A stretch of DNA of 64,000 bases from Salinispira sp. (lineage in GTDB: Bacteria > Spirochaetota > Spirochaetia > DSM-27196 > Salinispiraceae), in NCBI GenBank assembly GCA_965602015.1, contig OZ271918.1, positions 2,848,001-2,912,000 on the forward strand. The letters run 5' to 3'. Position 1 is the first letter of the stretch, and every line of letters begins with the position of its first letter. The translations under genes and the position numbers were made by a program. The notes below the pieces were generated by a model that ran no database searches, was not told the DNA's origin, and saw only the letters and a program-made list of their open reading frames with translations. Shown one piece after another: positions 58,302-64,000 of this stretch.

Positions 58302-59276
58302 TTAAATCATCTGCAGGACCACCGCGGCGATTCCTATGAGGGTCGGAACCCCGAGGAAGAAGCGGATGGACTGGTCGGTGCGGAACCGGGGGAAGCTGGC
58401 TCCCACGATGACGGTGTAGAGATAAATCAGGAAGGTCTTGAGGATCATAATCCCCAGGCCTCCGACGACATTCATAAAGGCCCAGCCTCCCTCGAACAGG
58501 GTCAGCACCGGCGCCCCGCCCCAGAACAGGTTCATAAAAAGCACCAGTTTTGCGCCTTGGAAAACCGCCCGGTTGGTTTGAAGCATTCCCAGAAAGCTGG
58601 ACTGCATTTCCGTAGGAGGACCAATGGGGATTTCCTGGGGGGCGATGACGACGCTGAAAGGGTTGCCCATACTCATCCCGAGGAAGGCAAGCATGCCGGC
58701 GGCCATGGCCAGGGGATTGGTAAACGCGGTCCACCTTGTCACGTCCAGGACTCCCGAGCCCTGCTGGGCAGCGACGATCTCGGTAATGTTGAAGCTGCCG
58801 TACTGGGCGACAATGGCGATCACCGCAAGCGCGAAGGGCAGCTCGAAAGCGGTCATCTGTGCAAGCCCGCGGCTGACTCCGATTGGGCTGTAGGGGTGGC
58901 CGCTCTCGCTGGCGCCCAGAGCCATCCCCAGCTGTCCGAAGAAAATAAAATACATCACCAACAGCAGATCGCCGGAAAAAGACAGATTGGCGAACAGCGC
59001 CGACCCGTAGATCACCGGAATGAACATATATGTACCGATCCCGCCGGCCAGGCGGAAGACCGGGCCCAAATAGAACATGACGCCGTGATTGATGGCGTGG
59101 CGCCGGGCGTTATTCTTTATGATATCGATGTACGGCTGATACACCGGCTGACCGATTCGGCCCTGGACCTTGGCCCGAACCCGGGCCATGGTACCCATCA
59201 AGAGCAGACCGTAGTTGAGCACCACGAAGAGACTAATCGCGGCGTAGAGTATTTTTATCGGAATTTGACCGATCAT
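58302..59276 (-). CDS. nuoH: NuoH/MbxM-like membrane subunit
   Basis: A.VQGRIG.P..QP..D..K, PF....A..EI..GP..E, PRFR.DQ. Confidence 0.9.
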   Translation of the reverse strand: MIGQIPIKILYAAISLFVVLNYGLLLMGTMARVRAKVQGRIGQPVYQPYIDIIKNNARRHAINHGVMFYLGPVFRLAGGIGTYMFIPVIYGSALFANLSFSGDLLLVMYFIFFGQLGMALGASESGHPYSPIGVSRGLAQMTAFELPFALAVIAIVAQYGSFNITEIVAAQQGSGVLDVTRWTAFTNPLAMAAGMLAFLGMSMGNPFSVVIAPQEIPIGPPTEMQSSFLGMLQTNRAVFQGAKLVLFMNLFWGGAPVLTLFEGGWAFMNVVGGLGIMILKTFLIYLYTVIVGASFPRFRTDQSIRFFLGVPTLIGIAAVVLQMI

Positions 59277-62200
59277 TTACATCCCTCCTCTGGTGAACAG
59301 AAACACCAGCAGCAGATACAGCAGAATCTGGAAACCGTAGGTCTGGGCATTGCCGGTATTCCACCGGCGAAGTCCGTCGCCCAGCGACTTCGTCACATCG
59401 CCCAGGCCGGACCAGAAGCGGGTGGCCCATGGCGAAGCCAGGAAACCCAGGGCTTTTTGGTAATGGGAGAAAAAGTTGAATGCGTAATGGGTTGTTTCCG
59501 GCTTGTAGGGCCGTTCTGCGGAGTATACGATGTTGAACTGTTTTACCTTCACGAGTTTTTTGCCCGAGTTTGCCACGAGAAGCAGAACGAGCGGCAGGGC
59601 GAAGACTCCCATGGTGACGTACATGACCGCATTGCCGTTCCAGTAACCCAGGCTTGAAATGACCTCATAGCCATTCCAGCTCACGGTGGCGGCGAACAGG
59701 GGTTCGACGGCGGCCTGGAGCGGCTTGATGATGAGATTGGGATACATGGAGACGGCCATAATTCCCGCCATGAAGATGAACTGGGGAATGAGTTGAATCA
59801 CCGGAGCTTCCTTTACATGTACAAGATTGTCTTTTGGCTGCCCGAGGAAGATTGAGTGTATCAGCCGGTACAGGTAGAGAAAGGCGACCCCTGAAGAAAA
59901 CATGGCGACGGCGGCCTGAAGGTACCAGCCCTTTTCCATGAGGGCGGTGTAAATGAGCCACTTACCGCCGAATCCGCTCAGCGGGGGAACCCCCGACACG
60001 GCGATAATCGCGAACAGCACCGAGAGGAAACTGAAGGGCATTGTTTTAATCAGCCCGCCCATCTTGTACATCAGCCGGGTTCCGGTACGTTGGATGACTC
60101 CCAGTACCGCGAGCCAGAGCATTCCCTTGAACATCAGGTGAGTGATGGCCAAATAGAGGCTTGCCACATAACCCATGTGACTCATGGTGGCCATTGCAAG
60201 GACGATGTAGCCCACCTGACCCATGGACGAATACGCCAGGGTATACTTTATATCTTCCTGAAAGAGGGCCATAAGGGCTCCGGCGACGGCGGTTATCGCC
60301 CCGATCCACCCCAGAAGAGAAGCCATTGGTATGCCGGCCGTGGCATTGCCCGACCATGCGGGAACCAACCTGGATGCCAGAACTCCCCCAAAGAGCATCA
60401 GAAGGAAAATGCCGGCCTTGCTGAGCACCGAGGAAAGCAGGGCGCTGACATCGTCCTCAGCCTCGGCGTAGCCTGCGGGGAGCCACAGATGGAGGCCGAT
60501 TCCGCCCAGTTTTATCAGGGCGGCCAGCCCGATCATAAGGGCGGCAAGGCGAACCCCCGGCGCATTTTCTATTCCGCTTCCGGCAAATGCCATTATCCAG
60601 GGATTGCCGCCGGAAAATGCTCCGGCGACCTGCAGAATGAGTATTCCCGCCAACAGGGCATAGGCGGAAAACAGGGAGAAAACGATGTAGCGCATGGCCC
60701 CTGCGGCGGCTTTGTTTCCGCGCACAATGAGGAAAAAGCTGGTTACGGTCATCATTTCCCAGGCGAAGAAGAGTTCGAGGCCGGTTCTGGCCATTACCAG
60801 CGCGGCAAGCGAGGTACTCAAGCCCGCAATAAGGGCCATGAGCCCGTCGCCCCTGCCCTTGCGGGTCAGGAAGGCCGGTAGCTGCACAGCGGTTCCCCCC
60901 AGGAAAACAATCATAAAAATCTGCGGAAGACCGCCCAGACCCGGAACCGTGAGGTACCCCAGGGCTCCGATTCCGATAATAGCCAGGATAATCTGCAGCT
61001 TCTGGGGAATTCGAAAGAGATCAAGCAGGGCAAAAACCAGAACTGCCGCTACGGGCAACAGGATCCATGGCGCAATGCTGAACAGCGACATCCACAGCCC
61101 GTAGCCCGCAAGCAGGGCTGAGGAAACCGCAGGGATTCCCGCCGCCCACCGGGAGCGAGCCCGGCCCTCAATGGCAGGCGCACCGGCGGCGGCGGTATCA
61201 TCGGCGGTGAAGTCGGCGGGTACTGATTCGCCCAGGGTTGCGCCGTCATCGGCTTCGCTGCGGGCCAGCGACAGGAACCACTTGAACAGGTAAACCGCTT
61301 CTATCAGCGACCCCAGCAGGATAACGGCGGTGTAAGCCCAGCCGCCGGAAGCTATGAGGTTTTGAATAACCGTCCACTTCACCCAAAACGACGGGAAGGG
61401 AGGAAGGCCGATCAGGGCTAAAATTGAGATCGCCATTAGTATTAATAGGAAGGGCCGGCGGCGCAGGCTTCCCGTTGAAGAGGATGCATCGGCGCCGATC
61501 ATCTCGGATACCCAGAAAAGCCCCGCCTTCGCCAGGGCGTGATTAAGAAGGAGGAAAACTGCAAGTGCCACCACCGACTCGGGAACAACCGAGAGCACCA
61601 AAAGAACCAGCCCGGTCTGGGCGATGGATGACAGTCCCAGCATTCTGCGCAGATTCGGCTGATTGATGGCCATGAGTCCGGAAACGATGAATCCGATTGC
61701 GCCGAGAATTCCGATGACCCTCGTGAGAGCCGGCGCCGCATGGGAGACCAGGGGCATGGCTTTGATAAGCACGCTCACCATTGCCGTGGTAAAAACCGAA
61801 CTGAGAAGGGCGCCGATTCCCGGGTCCGCGGCCTGGTAGGTATCCAGAGCCCACCCGTTCGCGAAAGCCGGCTTGAGTTCTATAACAACCCCGGTGATAA
61901 AAAACACCATAGCCAGCAGTCCGGTCAGGCCGGCGAAAATTCCCGCATCGGTGGCGAGCATGGCCTCGAGATTAAGGGTGCCGCTGATTCGATACAGGAA
62001 GGCCACCCCAATGAGATAGAAGGTGGAGGCAAGACCCCCGGCTATCATGTATTTAAATCCCGCTTCATAGCTTCGGACATCCCGACTGGTGGACAGGAGG
62101 CCGTACAGGGCTATGGAGGTGATTTCCATAAACACAAAAATATTAAACAGATCGCGGGTAAGCACCAGGCCGTTCGCCCCGAGTATCATGACAAAAAACA

Positions 62201-62534
62201 GCACGACCTGCTTGCCCTTCCAGGGCTGTTCAACGTGATACTGCTGCCAGGCGAGGGCCAGCAGCCCGATGAGATTCATCACGGCGATGATTACCGCCTC
62301 GTTCTGACCAACCATCAGGTTTATCGAGAGGGGAGCGGAAAAACCGGCGGTCTGCACGACGATAGGCGCAGCGCCTGCGCCGAGCTGCAGGTACCACAGA
62401 ACTCCTGCGGCGGTAAAACCGGTCATGACCAGAAGCCCGAGAGCCGTAGCGATGTGTCTTCCGAGTTTCTCTATCAAGGGATAGAGAAAGGCGAAGCCCA
62501 GGGCCGTTGCGATAAGAAGAATCGGGCTTACCAT
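59277..62534 (-). CDS. fused double antiporter-like subunit (MbxH/H'-type, MrpD/NuoLMN family)
   Basis: Two modules: DLFNIFVFMEI...GLPPF..F..KW and FFAWEMM...HLWLP...GVPP..GF.GKW; ATG 62534. Confidence 0.85.
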   Translation of the reverse strand: MVSPILLIATALGFAFLYPLIEKLGRHIATALGLLVMTGFTAAGVLWYLQLGAGAAPIVVQTAGFSAPLSINLMVGQNEAVIIAVMNLIGLLALAWQQYHVEQPWKGKQVVLFFVMILGANGLVLTRDLFNIFVFMEITSIALYGLLSTSRDVRSYEAGFKYMIAGGLASTFYLIGVAFLYRISGTLNLEAMLATDAGIFAGLTGLLAMVFFITGVVIELKPAFANGWALDTYQAADPGIGALLSSVFTTAMVSVLIKAMPLVSHAAPALTRVIGILGAIGFIVSGLMAINQPNLRRMLGLSSIAQTGLVLLVLSVVPESVVALAVFLLLNHALAKAGLFWVSEMIGADASSSTGSLRRRPFLLILMAISILALIGLPPFPSFWVKWTVIQNLIASGGWAYTAVILLGSLIEAVYLFKWFLSLARSEADDGATLGESVPADFTADDTAAAGAPAIEGRARSRWAAGIPAVSSALLAGYGLWMSLFSIAPWILLPVAAVLVFALLDLFRIPQKLQIILAIIGIGALGYLTVPGLGGLPQIFMIVFLGGTAVQLPAFLTRKGRGDGLMALIAGLSTSLAALVMARTGLELFFAWEMMTVTSFFLIVRGNKAAAGAMRYIVFSLFSAYALLAGILILQVAGAFSGGNPWIMAFAGSGIENAPGVRLAALMIGLAALIKLGGIGLHLWLPAGYAEAEDDVSALLSSVLSKAGIFLLMLFGGVLASRLVPAWSGNATAGIPMASLLGWIGAITAVAGALMALFQEDIKYTLAYSSMGQVGYIVLAMATMSHMGYVASLYLAITHLMFKGMLWLAVLGVIQRTGTRLMYKMGGLIKTMPFSFLSVLFAIIAVSGVPPLSGFGGKWLIYTALMEKGWYLQAAVAMFSSGVAFLYLYRLIHSIFLGQPKDNLVHVKEAPVIQLIPQFIFMAGIMAVSMYPNLIIKPLQAAVEPLFAATVSWNGYEVISSLGYWNGNAVMYVTMGVFALPLVLLLVANSGKKLVKVKQFNIVYSAERPYKPETTHYAFNFFSHYQKALGFLASPWATRFWSGLGDVTKSLGDGLRRWNTGNAQTYGFQILLYLLLVFLFTRGGM

Positions 62535-62887
62535 TTGAGCTCCTTGTTTCTGTCGATCATCAGCGATCGCTTGTGATAAAACATTTTTACCGCGTAGCTG
62601 AGCATCAGCGCGGTAACCGCCAACCCGATTACGATAGCCGTAAGCACGAGAGCCGACGGCACCGGATCGACGGCCCACGCCAGGGCTTCCGACGGCGCCA
62701 GATCTCCGTCGAAAATCGGTGCGGTGCCGCCCCTGCGGTATCCGACGGCCACCAGCAGCACATGAATGCCGGTGTCAAGCAGGGTGAATCCGAGAATGAT
62801 CTTTATCAGATGACGTCGGGTCAGAAGTCCCCAGATGCCCAGGAGCATCAAGGCCGACGCTATGATTATCATGATCTGGGTTATCAT
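62528..62887 (-). CDS. mrpC: MrpC/MbxG-type subunit
   Basis: LIK..LG, API, DPVP.ALVLTAIVIG. Confidence 0.88.
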   Translation of the reverse strand: MITQIMIIIASALMLLGIWGLLTRRHLIKIILGFTLLDTGIHVLLVAVGYRRGGTAPIFDGDLAPSEALAWAVDPVPSALVLTAIVIGLAVTALMLSYAVKMFYHKRSLMIDRNKELKW

Positions 62888-63618
62888 GCTTTTCTCCTCA
62901 TGACGTCGATGACGCCTGAAAGCTCTGAGCCGACCTTTATACCCACCAGCGAGTAGATCACCGGGATTGCTCCGGCGCTGAACAGCTGCCCGAAGCTCCC
63001 GGCGGGCAAAAACCGGGGGTCCAGAAAACCCGCCGCAAGCCAAATCCCCAAAAGGCCGATGGCCACATAGCCCGCCCCTGCAAACATTTCCAGGACATTC
63101 ACTGCAGAATGATTCAGTTCGTGAAGGGTGCCCGAGAGAAAGGCGAGCAGGATTGCCGAGGCGATGACGACCCCGCCCTGAAAGCCGCCGCCGGGGGTCA
63201 GATGTCCATGGGCGAAAATGTACACCCCGAACAGTAGAAACAGGGGAAGCAGAATTCCGCTGGCAGTCTTTAAAATTTCACTTGCTTCTATGCGGCAGGG
63301 CAGTTCTTCCCACCCGCAGCCCTCGCTGGGCTCGCTGGTATGACTATCAGCGGGGGATTGCCGGATAAACTGGAATACCAAAGCGATGCCTGCGGCGGCG
63401 GCGAAGAGCACCGTGACCTCGCCCAGGGTGTCCAGCCCACGGTAGGTGACGACCACAGATGTCACCAGGTTCGCAGCGCCGAGGTCATTATCGCCGTTCT
63501 CCAGGTAACGGGCGGCCAGTTCTCCCACTTCATCGCGGTCCTCCATGCTCTGCATCAGGGGGAAAAAGGATGCCGCCAGGGCGACCATCAGTGCGATGGT
63601 TAACAGACGCTTAAGCAT
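62884..63618 (-). CDS. mrpB: MrpB/MbxEF-type subunit
   Basis: N.VT.VV..YRG.DTLGE and HGHLTPGGGFQGG. Confidence 0.88.
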   Translation of the reverse strand: MLKRLLTIALMVALAASFFPLMQSMEDRDEVGELAARYLENGDNDLGAANLVTSVVVTYRGLDTLGEVTVLFAAAAGIALVFQFIRQSPADSHTSEPSEGCGWEELPCRIEASEILKTASGILLPLFLLFGVYIFAHGHLTPGGGFQGGVVIASAILLAFLSGTLHELNHSAVNVLEMFAGAGYVAIGLLGIWLAAGFLDPRFLPAGSFGQLFSAGAIPVIYSLVGIKVGSELSGVIDVMRRKA

Positions 63619-63964
63619 TGCCACCCTCCTGATTTTCCGTGAGTTTTTGGTTCTGATTCACATCAGGGTCGACGGAAATGCCTCCCGCGGTGTCGCTGTC
63701 GGTCTCCGGAATCGCGTCGGCGTCCCTCAGCCGTTTTATCCGGCTCCAGGCAAACAGGAAGACTACCGTCGTCAGACCCGAACCGATGGCGGCTTCAGTC
63801 ATCGCCACATCCGGAGCCCCGGCAATTAAATAGACAATGCTGGCCATGAGGGATACCACGCCGGATGCGATTATCGCGCCGACGATGTCCTTGCTGAGAA
63901 TGACCATAACGCCGCTACCGAGAATCATGATTCCCATAATTATCAAGGCGATTTCCACAATCAC
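63611..63964 (-). CDS. DUF4040/MbxD-type subunit
   Basis: APDVAMTEAAIGSGL motif. Confidence 0.88.
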   Translation of the reverse strand: MIVEIALIIMGIMILGSGVMVILSKDIVGAIIASGVVSLMASIVYLIAGAPDVAMTEAAIGSGLTTVVFLFAWSRIKRLRDADAIPETDSDTAGGISVDPDVNQNQKLTENQEGGNA

Positions 63965-64000
63965 TGTACACCTCCGCTATTATCAGGCCCCAGGACTCCC
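63961..64000 (-). CDS. probable 3' end of the upstream Mrp subunit (truncated by the window edge)
   Basis: Open frame GVLGPDNSGGVQ* ending in a GTGA overlap with the next gene; identity not determinable. Confidence 0.35.
   Translation of the reverse strand, partial: GVLGPDNSGGVQ

Noticed and set aside
52758..59657. Long plus-strand ORFs (52758-53705, 54755-55729, 58200-59657)
   Set aside because: These are antisense shadows of the nfn/mbx genes.
4399..63043. N-terminal extensions in the ORF track (cyclase, SnoaL, gnd, nfnB, antiporter fusion, mrpC and others)
   Set aside because: Downstream starts have better RBS or translational coupling and match where the domains begin, so coordinates were trimmed.

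Overview
A gene-dense bacterial chromosomal window. It is probably from a free-living spirochaete; this is an inference from the FAxGxxE-type binding-protein signal, the lipoprotein signals and the several MCPs. From left to right it holds: a DUF1761 gene and tRNA-Pro(GGG); a 7.6 kb block bracketed by a perfect 22-bp inverted repeat, containing a flavoprotein disulfide reductase, DUF427, a radical SAM/SPASM enzyme with a YG-motif lipoprotein, and a sAC-like cyclase-ATPase-TPR protein; YciI plus an ECF42-type sigma factor; a TetR/MDR-oxidoreductase pair with twin operators; a tightly coupled operon of SnoaL lipoprotein, MCP, AfsA-like hotdog protein and SDR, divergent from a second MCP; a glucitol-family PTS operon with a split SrlE and a SAF-domain dehydrogenase in place of SrlD; two SorC regulators; an E1a/E1b/E2 dehydrogenase without E3; HAD-gnd-sugar kinase; a histidine kinase, receiver and MCP; a peptide/glutathione-type ABC transporter; an FN3 lipoprotein; and an Mrp-Mbx/Mbs-like membrane complex with a NuoI-GltD fusion, followed by NfnAB and a BigR/SqrR-like ArsR. 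The best candidates for an undescribed system are (1) the chemoreceptor-AfsA-SDR operon, possibly lactone-signal synthesis coupled to chemotaxis, (2) the Mbx-like complex lacking NiFe, quinone and Mbs cysteine signatures, and (3) the putative lipoprotein splicease. All family calls come from motif recognition by eye; no database searches were run.
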